A stretch of 64,000 nt of DNA from a virus. How positions within the stretch are numbered: the stretch's first letter is position 1; each line of letters starts with the position of its first letter. Shown one piece after another: positions 28,687 to 37,815 of the stretch. A program made the translations under genes and the position numbers. Below the pieces are notes generated by a model, which saw only the letters and a program-made list of their open reading frames with translations, did not search any database and was not told the origin of the DNA. The stretch spans positions 1-64,000 of the IMG/VR virus record IMGVR_UViG_3300042876_000902; one strand, written 5' to 3'.

Positions 28687-29072
28687 AGAAGCCCGCGAAG
28701 AAGACGAAGGTGACTGAGCCGGTGGCCGTGCCGTTCGCGTCTGTGAAGGACTTGTTGGAGGCGTACGCTTCGCGGACGGAGCGGGTCTTCGTGCAGCGGC
28801 TCACGGAACACGAAGAGCGTGAGGACAAGAACCTTCGTGACCTCATCGAGAAGCTGGTGATCACCGGTCGGAGCTTCGACGCCGTCGAGGCCAGGCGCGC
28901 GCAGGAGCGGATCGACATCGAGGCGAAGATCGTGTCAGTGCAGCAGCGGCTCGATGTTCTCGAGAAGTCGCACACAGCCGGGTCTGAAGACATCCAGCGG
29001 CTGCGGAACATCATCGAACCGCTCAAGGACATCATCGAGGTGTTCAAGCGGCAGCACGGCATCGGAGGTTAG
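28683..29072 (+). CDS. Hypothetical coiled-coil protein
   Basis: GTGA coupling to the previous ORF; charged heptad-like sequence. Confidence 0.6.
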   Translation: MKKPAKKTKVTEPVAVPFASVKDLLEAYASRTERVFVQRLTEHEEREDKNLRDLIEKLVITGRSFDAVEARRAQERIDIEAKIVSVQQRLDVLEKSHTAGSEDIQRLRNIIEPLKDIIEVFKRQHGIGG

Positions 29073-29075
29073 GTC

Positions 29076-29567
29076 ATGGCGGAAGCTCTGAAGGCACCCA
29101 ACGGTCGGGCAGCCATCGAGGAGGTCTTCGGTGAGCTGCCGTGGCATTCGATCCCAGGTAGCACGTTCGTCCGCGTCGACCCGCTGTGGGAGGAGGAGCA
29201 CCTCGTCGGGGTCTTCGTCGACAGCTTCTACATCCGAATGCACAAGAAGCTCGCGAGCCTGTTCGTCGAGGCGCTCATGGCGGCCCGCGCGGCGGCATCC
29301 GTCTACACGCTGCGACAGCTCGGCGGCTACTGCCCGCGTCGGATGAAGACGCTCGACCCGGCGAAGCAGGCAGCCGCGCCGCTCTCGACACACTCGTGGG
29401 GGATCGCCTTCGACATCAACTGGAACAGCAACCCGTTCAGCACGAAGCTCATCACGGACATCCCGGCCGCCTTCGTCGAGGAGTTCAAGAAGCGTGGTTG
29501 GAACTGGGGAGGTGACTGGCGCTCGAAGAAGGACCCGATGCACTTCCAGTTCTGCACTGGATACTGA
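29076..29567 (+). CDS. Endolysin, M15-family zinc peptidase
   Basis: GGYCPR, LSTHSWGIAFDIN, WGGDW...DPMHFQ. Confidence 0.92.
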   Translation: MAEALKAPNGRAAIEEVFGELPWHSIPGSTFVRVDPLWEEEHLVGVFVDSFYIRMHKKLASLFVEALMAARAAASVYTLRQLGGYCPRRMKTLDPAKQAAAPLSTHSWGIAFDINWNSNPFSTKLITDIPAAFVEEFKKRGWNWGGDWRSKKDPMHFQFCTGY

Positions 29568-29580
29568 GAGGGAGCGGACG

Positions 29581-29790
29581 ATGGAACCCAGCAAGATGAA
29601 CAGGATCCTGCAGGGGTGGCGCAAGACGGGGTACTGGCTGCTCTCCGTGGCTGCGCTGACCGGCGGGGCATACTACATGAAGTCGGCGACGTTCGCCGAG
29701 TACCGTGATGGCCTCGTGGTGCTGGCGGGCCTCGTTCTCGCGGGCCACGTGTACCAGCAGGCGAAGGTCACCGCGGGAGACCCCAAGTGA
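29581..29790 (+). CDS. Putative holin
   Basis: 69 aa, two hydrophobic helices, directly after the endolysin. Confidence 0.65.
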   Translation: MEPSKMNRILQGWRKTGYWLLSVAALTGGAYYMKSATFAEYRDGLVVLAGLVLAGHVYQQAKVTAGDPK

Positions 29791-30539
29791 TCTGGGCCTT
29801 GAAGCACTGGAGGTTGGTCGGGGTCGCTGCGCTCGCCGTCGCGGTCGTCGTCCTCGCGTTCCTGCTCGCGGCGCAGGTCAAGGCTGCTCGCGGCGCAGAC
29901 CAGAAGCGCGAGGCCGCGGAGCTGCGGCTGGCTGGGGAGGTCGTCGCCCGCGAGGCCACCGAGCGAGAGTTGCGAAAGCTCGTGGCCAAGGACGCCGACT
30001 TGGAGCGCCAGGTGCGAGAGCTGGAGGCGCGCTCGCCCGGCGTCGTCGTGAGGACAGTCGAGCGGGTGGTGACCGTCGAGGTCCCGGCCGTCGGCGTCCC
30101 GCTCCCGCCCGGCCCGCCGTGCCTCCTCCCGGAAGGTGGGCGCGGTGTCGTCAGATGCACGGTGGTCCAGCTGCAGACCGGGCTCGGCAACGTGGTGGTG
30201 AGGGGCCGCGCCGAGGCCGTCCGCACGCACCCGCTCCCGGAGACGGTCATCCTCAGCGGGCCGTTCGACTCGAAGGTGTCCGTGGTCGACGCGGTCCCGC
30301 CCGTCCTCGTGAAGCTGCGCGACCCGCTCTGGGAGCTGGAGGTCGGCGCCGAGTGGCAGGTGCTGAGCCTCAACGGCGGGGCGTCCGCGCGGCTGCAGCG
30401 CGACCCGTCGCTCTACCGGGCCGCCCTCGCGCGCCGCGTGCTGCCGTGGGTCTACGTCGGCGCGGTAGTCTCGACGCCCGACGGGCGCGCGTGGCAGGCC
30501 TCCCTCGGCGCCTCCGGACGCTTCGGCTGGGGCCGCTAG
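29787..30539 (+). CDS. Spanin-like membrane protein
   Basis: N-terminal TM helix and coiled coil, then beta-rich C-terminus; last gene of the lysis cassette. Confidence 0.5.
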   Translation: MIWALKHWRLVGVAALAVAVVVLAFLLAAQVKAARGADQKREAAELRLAGEVVAREATERELRKLVAKDADLERQVRELEARSPGVVVRTVERVVTVEVPAVGVPLPPGPPCLLPEGGRGVVRCTVVQLQTGLGNVVVRGRAEAVRTHPLPETVILSGPFDSKVSVVDAVPPVLVKLRDPLWELEVGAEWQVLSLNGGASARLQRDPSLYRAALARRVLPWVYVGAVVSTPDGRAWQASLGASGRFGWGR

Positions 30540-30562
30540 GCCGCTGGCAAGCCCCGAAGCAA

Positions 30563-30600
30563 CGACGCCCGACCCGGAGAGCCTCCCGGGTCGGGCGTCG
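30563..30600. terminator. Hairpin between convergent operons (likely bidirectional terminator)
   Basis: Perfect 15-bp stem cgacgcccgacccgg / ccgggtcgggcgtcg. Confidence 0.75.
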
Positions 30601-30656
30601 CGTTACCAGCGGGTCCCCGTTCGTTTAACGGGGCCTCCCGCGAGGCCTCGGAAGGC

Positions 30657-31187
30657 CTAGTAGTCGACCTTCGCGTGGGGGTGATACTCCCACTCCCGCC
30701 CGGCCTTCTCAGCCCAGAGGCGGTTGAAGATCTCCATGTGCTCCGGGACGTACTCCTCCATGAACACGATGCGGCGGCAGCTGGTGTTCATCAGGAGCTT
30801 CGTGCATGTCGAGCACGGGGCGAGCGTCACGTAGCAGGTGCTGATCGCCTGGGCGTCCCGGCACTGGAGGAGGGCGTTCTGCTCGGCGTGGATCGCCTCG
30901 CACCCGACCCCGCCCGACTGCGGCTGCCCGAGGGGCGCGAGGGCCCCGGAGCATGCGTTACCGTGGTACACGGTAGTCTGCACTGCCCGGTGGGCCCCTT
31001 CGGCGTTGTCGACACTGGTGACCTCGTTGCAGTGAGGCAACCCGCTCGCGACCCCGTTGTACCCGGTCGCGAGGACGTGCCCGTGCCGGTCGACGAGGAC
31101 GCACCCGACGTGGCGCCGGAGGCAGGTCGAGCGGGTCGCCACGAGCTTCGCCATCGCGACGAAGTACGTGTCCTTGTCGGGCCTCAC
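30657..31187 (-). CDS. dCMP deaminase family protein
   Basis: RSTCLRRHVGCVLV, ATGYNG, HAEQNAL, PCSTCTK zinc motifs; GTG start overlapping the upstream stop. Confidence 0.93.
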   Translation of the reverse strand: MRPDKDTYFVAMAKLVATRSTCLRRHVGCVLVDRHGHVLATGYNGVASGLPHCNEVTSVDNAEGAHRAVQTTVYHGNACSGALAPLGQPQSGGVGCEAIHAEQNALLQCRDAQAISTCYVTLAPCSTCTKLLMNTSCRRIVFMEEYVPEHMEIFNRLWAEKAGREWEYHPHAKVDY

Positions 31188-32035
31188 GGGAGCGGCCTCC
31201 ACTGACAGGTCTCGTCGGCCGTCCCCTCGCGGAGCGCCATGAGGTCCCGGCGCAGGGTCTCCCAGTCGCCCTTCCGCACGAGGGCGTCGGGCGTTGGCTC
31301 CGGGACCGGCCCGGGGTCCGACTCGAGCACCTCCTTCACCTTGTCGATGTCCTTCAGGTAGAGGTGGCTCGACGTCGCGTTGATGGTCATGGTCCCGAGG
31401 CCGACCGTCAGCTCGCGAGGGAGACCCCAGTTGTGCATGCACGCGACGAAGAGGGCGACCGTCGCGAAGCTGAACATGTCGTAGGGAAGCCCCATCCATC
31501 CGTCGCTCGACCGCATGAAGACGTGTAGGTGGAGCAGGTCCCGCCGGATCGAGAAGCTCATCGCGACCGTGCAGGGGATGTCCTTGCTCGGCAGCGGGTT
31601 CCGCTCCCAGATGGTGAGCACCGCCTGGCGGGTGTCCCGGTCCTTGCTGAGCTGCTGGACAACGTACGGGGTCTGCGCCCGGACCTTCGGGCCGTAGGCG
31701 CCGTTGAGGGTCACCCCGTCGTCGCTGAACCGCCCGTAGCTCGGCGCGAAGCGGGCGAGGGAGGCGAGGTCATTCTGGCCGTTCACGATCCACAGCGCCT
31801 CGGCGGCCATGAACTGCGCCGAGAGCTTCCGGGCCGGGGAGGTCACCACCGCCCGGCTCAGGTCGACGGACACGAGCTGGCCGTGGAGCATCTCGACGGT
31901 GTCGATCCCGCGCGGGGAAACCTTCTGCCCCTCCCGGCAGATGGCCATCATGGCCTCCCGCCAGGCGGCATCGCCGCACGGGGCCGGGGTCCCGGGCTGC
32001 GGAGTGTATGACTGGGCGAGCATAACGTCGGTCAT
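31184..32035 (-). CDS. Thymidylate synthase homolog, probable dCMP (hydroxy)methyltransferase
   Basis: FSDDG...GAYGP, DTRQAV, DIPCT (catalytic Cys), MRSSD..GLPYD (Asp where ThyA has Asn), SSHLY. Confidence 0.85.
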   Translation of the reverse strand: MTDVMLAQSYTPQPGTPAPCGDAAWREAMMAICREGQKVSPRGIDTVEMLHGQLVSVDLSRAVVTSPARKLSAQFMAAEALWIVNGQNDLASLARFAPSYGRFSDDGVTLNGAYGPKVRAQTPYVVQQLSKDRDTRQAVLTIWERNPLPSKDIPCTVAMSFSIRRDLLHLHVFMRSSDGWMGLPYDMFSFATVALFVACMHNWGLPRELTVGLGTMTINATSSHLYLKDIDKVKEVLESDPGPVPEPTPDALVRKGDWETLRRDLMALREGTADETCQWRPLP

Positions 32036-32559
32036 GAGTCGAACCTCCCTTCGGCGATGTGGATGGCGAAGGCGGGCGCCCCGCCCTCCCACTGGGTGCG
32101 GTCGTACTTGAGGACGGGGAGCGAGGTCTTCATTGCGGCGTACCCGTCCCACACGCGGCGGAGCTGGTCCGTCCGCTTGAGGTACTCCTCCTGCGGCCTG
32201 CCCTCGAACGACTTGGCGCAGACCTCGAACGGCGGGAGGCAGAGGACCACCACGCCGTCGCACGCTGCTGCGATGCCCTCGAGCCACCCCGCCGTGTTCG
32301 GGCTCAGCCGGTTCAGCCCGGCCCGCATCACGGCGCCGTAGATGGGCTCGGAGAGCCACGACCGGTCGAGCACCGTGTCGACGTACCCGTGGGTTGCGGG
32401 CATCATGCTCACCTCGTACACGTCGGCGAGGTCTTGAGGGGAGACCTTGAGGTAGGAGCCATGGTGGATGAGCATCCCTTGGACGGCGCGGGTGAGCGCC
32501 TGGGCCAGCGTGGTCTTGCCCGAGCCGTCCGGGCCTTCGAGGATGAAGAGGCGGCTCAT
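32032..32559 (-). CDS. dNMP kinase-like P-loop protein
   Basis: FILEGPDGSGKTT, VLDRSWLSEPIYG; ATGA-coupled to the TS homolog. Confidence 0.85.
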   Translation of the reverse strand: MSRLFILEGPDGSGKTTLAQALTRAVQGMLIHHGSYLKVSPQDLADVYEVSMMPATHGYVDTVLDRSWLSEPIYGAVMRAGLNRLSPNTAGWLEGIAAACDGVVVLCLPPFEVCAKSFEGRPQEEYLKRTDQLRRVWDGYAAMKTSLPVLKYDRTQWEGGAPAFAIHIAEGRFDS

Positions 32560-33044
32560 GGCGTCGCCTCCTTCGGCGCTCCGGCGTCGTCGCGCCGGTT
32601 GACGTACGTGCTCCGGTCGAGCCCCTCGGCATGGAGGTGAACCAGGTGGCTCGGCGGCGACCACCCCGGCGGCTTGATGAGGTCGACCGCGTGCCCGCGG
32701 TGCCCGACGCCGCGGATCTTGGACATGTTCGCCCGGTCGACCTCGGCCCACGAGCGGCGCCAGACCCGGCGGAGGCCGAGCATCACGGCCGTGCCTTTGA
32801 GGAAGACGCCGATGTCGATGAGCGCGTCCGTCATCCCCGCGATGTCGTCGCTCTCGACCGCGTCCTCCAGCTCGTCCACCTCCTCGCGGAGGCACTGCAG
32901 CCGCTCGCGCATCTTCCGCTTCGTGAGGAAGCCCGGCTCCTCGAACGAGAGGATGCCGAACTTGAGGTGCATCGCGCGGACGTCTTCCAGCTCCGGGTCG
33001 AGCCCGCGCAGGACGCGGATCGCATTCCACAGTCTCTTGAACAT
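32556..33044 (-). CDS. MazG-like/all-alpha NTP pyrophosphohydrolase
   Basis: LREEVDELEDA...DALID...W.EV.RANMSK...DLIKPPGW. Confidence 0.88.
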   Translation of the reverse strand: MFKRLWNAIRVLRGLDPELEDVRAMHLKFGILSFEEPGFLTKRKMRERLQCLREEVDELEDAVESDDIAGMTDALIDIGVFLKGTAVMLGLRRVWRRSWAEVDRANMSKIRGVGHRGHAVDLIKPPGWSPPSHLVHLHAEGLDRSTYVNRRDDAGAPKEATP

Positions 33045-33124
33045 CGCTGCTCCTTTCGTGCTCTGGAAACAACAAGGGCCCGCCGCGTGCATCCGCGGCA
33101 GGCCCGGTCGATGTTGCCGGCTGC

Positions 33125-34075
33125 TTAGGCCGCCTTCTTCTCGGGCGGCTTCAGCCCCTTCTTCTTGAGGTCGTTGCGGTACCACGCGACGTACGTGCGC
33201 TTGAAGCTCGGGAACTCCTTGCTGACCTTGTCGAAGATGACGTCGTCCGAGAACCGCCCGGACATGATCAGCTCCTTCGCGACGCTCGCGGCCGACCGGC
33301 GCTCGCCCTTCTCCTTCGGCGCCTTGGCGGTGGCGCCCGCGCCCTTCTTCACGGACTTCATCGAGGCGGCGGCGTTGCCCTTGCCCGTCTTCTTCGCGGT
33401 GGTGATGCTCGGCTTCTTGGCCATGGCTCTCTCCTTTGCGCTGCTGTTGACGTTGATGAGCTTCTCCAGCTCTTCCACTGCGCGCTCGGTGGCTCCCCGG
33501 TACTGCATGTACTCGGTGAACAGCGTGGCGCACCTCGCCACCGGGTAACCCTCGATCTCCTTGTACTTCTTGTCGAACTCCCGCGCCGGGAGGGTCTTGA
33601 CCGTGAACGGCCCCTCCCCCTCGGCGTCGAGCGTCAGGAACTCTACCACCTTCATGTCGTGCTCGCCACCACCACTTTCAGGGAGGCGCCTCCCCAGCTC
33701 GATGCAGACCCGGTTGCTGAAGTCCTTGCAGACGACCGCCTGCTCCTGCGCCTTGAGCTGGCTCTTCGTGAACCGCTCGACCTCCCGGAACGTGGCGTTC
33801 ACGGTTGGGCACGTGGAGAGGTGGTGCGTGATGGGCTGCTTGCACTCGCCGCACTTGGGCGCCTGGCCGTTGCCGAAGGCGGGCCCCTGCTTCTTGGCCT
33901 CGGGCGCCTTCGTGCTCTTGGTGGGCGGTGCCTTCGCGGGCGCGGCGGGCTTCTTCGTGCTCTTCACCTTCGCGGGCGGAGCCTTCTTCACCTTCGTGCT
34001 CTTGACCTCCTTCTTCGCGGCCTTCGCGGGCTTCTTGCTGCTCTTCGTGTCCTTCCTCGTCCCCTTCTTCGCCAT
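33125..34075 (-). CDS. Lys/Ala-rich (histone-H1-like) protein with Zn-finger and C-terminal WYR domain
   Basis: MAKKGTRKDTKSSKKPAKAAKK..., CGEC....HH...C, C-terminal YVAWYRNDLKKKG; GAGGAGG RBS; possible internal start at 33424. Confidence 0.7.
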   Translation of the reverse strand: MAKKGTRKDTKSSKKPAKAAKKEVKSTKVKKAPPAKVKSTKKPAAPAKAPPTKSTKAPEAKKQGPAFGNGQAPKCGECKQPITHHLSTCPTVNATFREVERFTKSQLKAQEQAVVCKDFSNRVCIELGRRLPESGGGEHDMKVVEFLTLDAEGEGPFTVKTLPAREFDKKYKEIEGYPVARCATLFTEYMQYRGATERAVEELEKLINVNSSAKERAMAKKPSITTAKKTGKGNAAASMKSVKKGAGATAKAPKEKGERRSAASVAKELIMSGRFSDDVIFDKVSKEFPSFKRTYVAWYRNDLKKKGLKPPEKKAA

Positions 34076-34119
34076 GTGCATCCTCCTCAGCCAGAGGGTT
34101 GGACCAATCAACTTCGGCG

Positions 34120-34148
34120 ACCCTAGCAAGACCGGTTTGGGGAGTAAA
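34120..34148 (-). promoter_or_regulatory. Candidate sigma70-type promoter
   Basis: TTTACT-17bp-TAGGGT with extended -10 TG, 45 bp upstream of ATG 34075. Confidence 0.5.
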
Positions 34149-34216
34149 GGGAGTTGATTGACGCAGCCCCCTTGGTACTGGCCCCAGCCCCGGACTGATG
34201 AAGTCGTCTTTGTGAA

Positions 34217-35797
34217 CTACTCGCCACTCCGCCGCGCCGCCCGGTACTCCTTCAGCGCGGCGAACATCGCATTCTGACCCTTCTCCTTCCGGTGGAGAGC
34301 GCGGATGACCGTCTCGTCCACCGTCCGCCGGGCCGCGATGGTATGCTCGAAGACCCGGCTCTCCTTCTGGCCGGACCGAAGCTCCCGTCGGATGAACTGG
34401 TCCTTCATCTCGTAGTCCCATGAGGCCGTGTACCAAGCCGCGTGGTGCCCTCCGCCCTGAAGGTTGAGCCCGTGGCCCATGGACGCGGGGTGACCGCAGA
34501 GGACCGGGATCTCCTTCCGGTTCCAGCGGGCGACGATGTCAGCGGTCTCCTTGGGGGAGGTCCCGGAGCCCAGCACCTCGGCCTCGGGCACCGCCTCTCG
34601 GATGCGCTCGAGGTCGTGGTGGAACTCGTAGCCGACGAGGAGCGACTTTCCTTGCAGCTCGTCGATGAGGTCCACGAGGGCCTCGGTCTTCTCGTCGTGC
34701 AGGTGCTTCGTCACCCGCTCCAGCTTCCCCCGCCGGACCTTCTCGATGTAGATCCCTCCCGACGCCACCTGCCGGCACTTGTTCGAGGCGACCGCGGAGT
34801 TGGCAGCCGTCACCTCTTCCCGGTCGATGATGGTGAACAGCTCCTCCTCCAGCTCGTCGTACACTTTGCGGACCTGGGGCGGGAGGTCGACCCACAGGGT
34901 GTTCGGGACCAGCTTGGGGAGCCCGGGGAGGTGGTCCTCAGCCTTCATGGCGAGAGCGAGGTTGCGCATCCGCTCGTAGATGGCGGCCTCCGTCTCCTTG
35001 CTCTTCGGGACCCACGTGTACCCGCCGAAGCCCTTGGGTGTGAAGAACGTGAAGCGGTAGTGGGTGATGTACTGGCCGAGCGTCTTGCCGAGGTCGATGG
35101 TGTACGCCTGGCCGAAGAGCCCCTCCAGCCCGTTCGCGGCCGGGGACCCGGTCAGCCCGTACCTCCTGCGGAACTGGGAGAGGAACGGCTTGAGCGCTTT
35201 GAACCGCTTGGTCTTCGCATGCTTCATCTTCGACAGCTCGTCGACCACGAGCGTGTCGACGCCCTTCTTGTGGATGAGGAAGTCGAGCGGGGCCCCGCGC
35301 TTCGTCCGACACTTGCACCGGGCCTTGCCGTTCCCGGCGCAGGCAGACAGGTGGGACTGATGCCCGCAGTCGGAGCAGGCGGTGATCCACTGGAGCCCGT
35401 CGAAGTTCACGACATAGAGGTTCCCGTCGTCCTGAAGGCGGCTCATCTTGTGGTCGCCGTGGAGCAGCACCTCTTGGAAGTCGTCGCGGAACTCCTCCCA
35501 CTTCGCCAGCTCACCGTCGCCGTCGTGCGTCCACACGCCGTACGCGACCCGGAGCGGCGCGACGACGAGGGCGTTCTTCACCGCCTTCGCCTTCCGCATC
35601 GCCTTCAGTCCGGCCAGCATGATGGACGTCTTCCGCAGCCCCGGCTCGAGGAGCAGCATGGCCTCGGGCCTGGTGACCACGAACCGCGCGGCCTCCCGCT
35701 GGTACGGCGCGGGGACCCACGGCTGCGCGACGATTGAAGAGGAACCCTGCGACGTAGCCGACTGCTTCTTCTGCGGTGTCGAACGTCTTGATGACAT
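34217..35797 (-). CDS. SNF2-like superfamily 2 helicase
   Basis: PYQ, LEPGLRKT, LVVAPLRV, VVDELS, LTGSP, HPASMGHGLNLQ. Confidence 0.92.
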   Translation of the reverse strand: MSSRRSTPQKKQSATSQGSSSIVAQPWVPAPYQREAARFVVTRPEAMLLLEPGLRKTSIMLAGLKAMRKAKAVKNALVVAPLRVAYGVWTHDGDGELAKWEEFRDDFQEVLLHGDHKMSRLQDDGNLYVVNFDGLQWITACSDCGHQSHLSACAGNGKARCKCRTKRGAPLDFLIHKKGVDTLVVDELSKMKHAKTKRFKALKPFLSQFRRRYGLTGSPAANGLEGLFGQAYTIDLGKTLGQYITHYRFTFFTPKGFGGYTWVPKSKETEAAIYERMRNLALAMKAEDHLPGLPKLVPNTLWVDLPPQVRKVYDELEEELFTIIDREEVTAANSAVASNKCRQVASGGIYIEKVRRGKLERVTKHLHDEKTEALVDLIDELQGKSLLVGYEFHHDLERIREAVPEAEVLGSGTSPKETADIVARWNRKEIPVLCGHPASMGHGLNLQGGGHHAAWYTASWDYEMKDQFIRRELRSGQKESRVFEHTIAARRTVDETVIRALHRKEKGQNAMFAALKEYRAARRSGE

Positions 35798-36029
35798 AGC
35801 CCAGCCCCTCCAAGAGTCGGTGTATGTACTGCTGAAGCGCCCGCGGCTCCTCGCCGGGGCGCTTGAGTTCGATGAAGAGCGGGGCCCCGCCGGGGATCAG
35901 CAGCATCCGGTCGGGGTACCCACGCCTGCCGCGGAGGTTCAGCTTGACGATCTGCTCAGGCTTGAGGCCGAGGCCTCGGAGTCCGCGGACGAACGTGCGC
36001 TCGACCGCGGACTCCAAGTCCCGGATCAC
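35511..36029 (-). CDS. VRR-NUC nuclease (3' end overlaps helicase start)
   Basis: E..VE, GYPDRM, FIELKRPG.....LQ......L..LGY. Confidence 0.85.
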   Translation of the reverse strand: MIRDLESAVERTFVRGLRGLGLKPEQIVKLNLRGRRGYPDRMLLIPGGAPLFIELKRPGEEPRALQQYIHRLLEGLGYVIKTFDTAEEAVGYVAGFLFNRRAAVGPRAVPAGGRAVRGHQARGHAAPRAGAAEDVHHAGRTEGDAEGEGGEERPRRRAAPGRVRRVDARRRR

Positions 36030-36544
36030 GGATACAGCTCCACGGAGAGGCGACGGCTGTTCCCAGCGCAGGTGACCGGCCGGGCGTCAGCGCAGTCGAT
36101 GTGAAGTGTCGAGCCGAAGCCGATCTTCACGGTCACGAACCGCGCACCGAGGATGAACGTGACCGCGTCGGCGCCGGGGAGCGGGGTCTCCACCCCGTTC
36201 CTGTCGACCGCCCGGATCGGGATGAGGTCCGGGACTGGGTTGGCCGGGTAGTCCCGAGGCCCGAACGCACCTTCCTTCCCACCGTGTCGTTCGCAGAGAC
36301 CCGTCCTCGTGTCGAACGCCCCGCGGCAGCCCTTCATGTCAGGGCAGAACTTGTCCGCCGGAGCGGCGTACGTGGCCTTCCGCTTCGTCCGGATCGGATG
36401 GGTCACGTCGGTGACGGTGAAGGACGTCCCGATCCGGATCGGTTTCTTCACCCGCGTGTCGCAGAGAAGATCGCCGACCTCCGCCACTTCGTCCACCTTC
36501 AGCCAGCGCCATCCCTTCGGCAGCTTCTCGGTCTTCTTGGCCAT
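36026..36544 (-). CDS. Hypothetical protein
   Basis: AGGAGG RBS, ATG 36544, coupled to VRR-NUC. Confidence 0.6.
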   Translation of the reverse strand: MAKKTEKLPKGWRWLKVDEVAEVGDLLCDTRVKKPIRIGTSFTVTDVTHPIRTKRKATYAAPADKFCPDMKGCRGAFDTRTGLCERHGGKEGAFGPRDYPANPVPDLIPIRAVDRNGVETPLPGADAVTFILGARFVTVKIGFGSTLHIDCADARPVTCAGNSRRLSVELYP

Positions 36545-36552
36545 CACCCCTC

Positions 36553-37005
36553 CTACTCGATGTCGACGAGCTTCAGCGCGTTGACGATCTCGGGCGGACC
36601 GATGAGCTTCGTCGTCCCGTCGAGTCGCTTGATCAGCACGGCCCTGGTCGCCGCCACCTGCTCGATCATCAGAATCGCCCACGGGTTGTCGAGGGCCCCG
36701 GGCCGGACCTCCGTGGCGACCGCGAGAGGCGCCCCGGGGACCTCCTTCCCGCGGTAGAACGTCCGTGCCCCGTGCATGATGACTCCGCAGCGGTCGGGGC
36801 GCTGCTCGGGCAGCAGACCCTGCCCGTCCTCCGTCACGTAGAGGCAGAGGAAGTCACGGCAGCGCCCCGGCCTCCGCTCGTAGATGGCGCAGCACCCGGA
36901 GACGAGGTGGTGGCAGGCGTCCTCCTTGAGCTTCTGCAGCTCGGAGATGGCGAACCCGCCCGCTCCGCAGCAGGCATGGCACTCGATGCAGGTGTTCTTG
37001 TTCAT
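36553..37005 (-). CDS. YkgJ-like Cys-cluster (CxxCxxCC) protein
   Basis: CIECHACC...C.HL....CAIYERRPGRCRDFLC. Confidence 0.85.
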   Translation of the reverse strand: MNKNTCIECHACCGAGGFAISELQKLKEDACHHLVSGCCAIYERRPGRCRDFLCLYVTEDGQGLLPEQRPDRCGVIMHGARTFYRGKEVPGAPLAVATEVRPGALDNPWAILMIEQVAATRAVLIKRLDGTTKLIGPPEIVNALKLVDIE

Positions 37006-37015
37006 GCTCGCCTCC

Positions 37016-37804
37016 CTAGAACTTGCAGAGCCCGGGGCCGTTGCTCGACGCCTTCTTCTTCTGGCCGAACCAGCAGAAGGTGCACATGTTCGACGGGGTC
37101 GGCCGGAACTGGACGTCAGTGAGCATCTTCTTCGTCTTCTTGTCCCACTCCTCGCGGAGGCGATCGGCGTCGTCGGCCCGCTTGTACACCAGCGGCTCGA
37201 GGTGCCCCTGGTCCAAGTACCACAGCTCCGCCTCCACCGCGTCGATGGTGGAGTCGAGGACGAACCCCGCGGCGCCGTAGAGGCTCAGCTGCTCCTTGTT
37301 CTCCTCGCGGACCTGCCCCGTCTTGTAGTCGATGATCTTCATCGTCCGGCCGTGGTCGCCGTCGTAGACGTACCGGCAGTCCATCGTCACGCGGATGACC
37401 GGGAGCGGGAGCCCCTTCTCACGGGCGTCGGAGTCGAACCACTCCGTCAGCTCCCACTTCGCGTCGAAGCCCACCTGCTGCTCCGTCGCGAGGGACCGCT
37501 TGATCTTCCGGAGGTGGGCGAACTCCGCCTTGAAGCACTCGAGGCTCTTGGGGATCTTGGTCTTCGAGACTTTCACGATGCGCTCGGCCCCGGCCACCTT
37601 GACGGTCGCGGAGGTCTTCCCCGTCGACCACAGCTCGGCCTCCTTGTGGATGATGGTGCCGCGCGCCTGGTGCTCGTTGTCCGGCTCCTTGATCTTGTCG
37701 ATGTGCTTGTACCGCGCCATGAGCGGGCACTTCCGGTAGTCGCTGAACCGGGAGTAGGACCACGCGGTGAGCTTCTTCGCAGCTGCCTTCGGCTTGGTCG
37801 GCAT
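37016..37804 (-). CDS. PD-(D/E)XK exonuclease, Cas4/RecB-like with 1+3 Cys
   Basis: WSYSR....KCP, RGTIIH, IIDYKTG, QL.LY, CTFC...C. Confidence 0.88.
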   Translation of the reverse strand: MPTKPKAAAKKLTAWSYSRFSDYRKCPLMARYKHIDKIKEPDNEHQARGTIIHKEAELWSTGKTSATVKVAGAERIVKVSKTKIPKSLECFKAEFAHLRKIKRSLATEQQVGFDAKWELTEWFDSDAREKGLPLPVIRVTMDCRYVYDGDHGRTMKIIDYKTGQVREENKEQLSLYGAAGFVLDSTIDAVEAELWYLDQGHLEPLVYKRADDADRLREEWDKKTKKMLTDVQFRPTPSNMCTFCWFGQKKKASSNGPGLCKF

Positions 37805-37815
37805 GTGATTCCCTT

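Noticed and set aside
37016-37804. Cas4-like nuclease as part of a CRISPR-Cas system
   Set aside because: No cas1/cas2 or array; it sits beside polA as a typical phage replication/recombination exonuclease.
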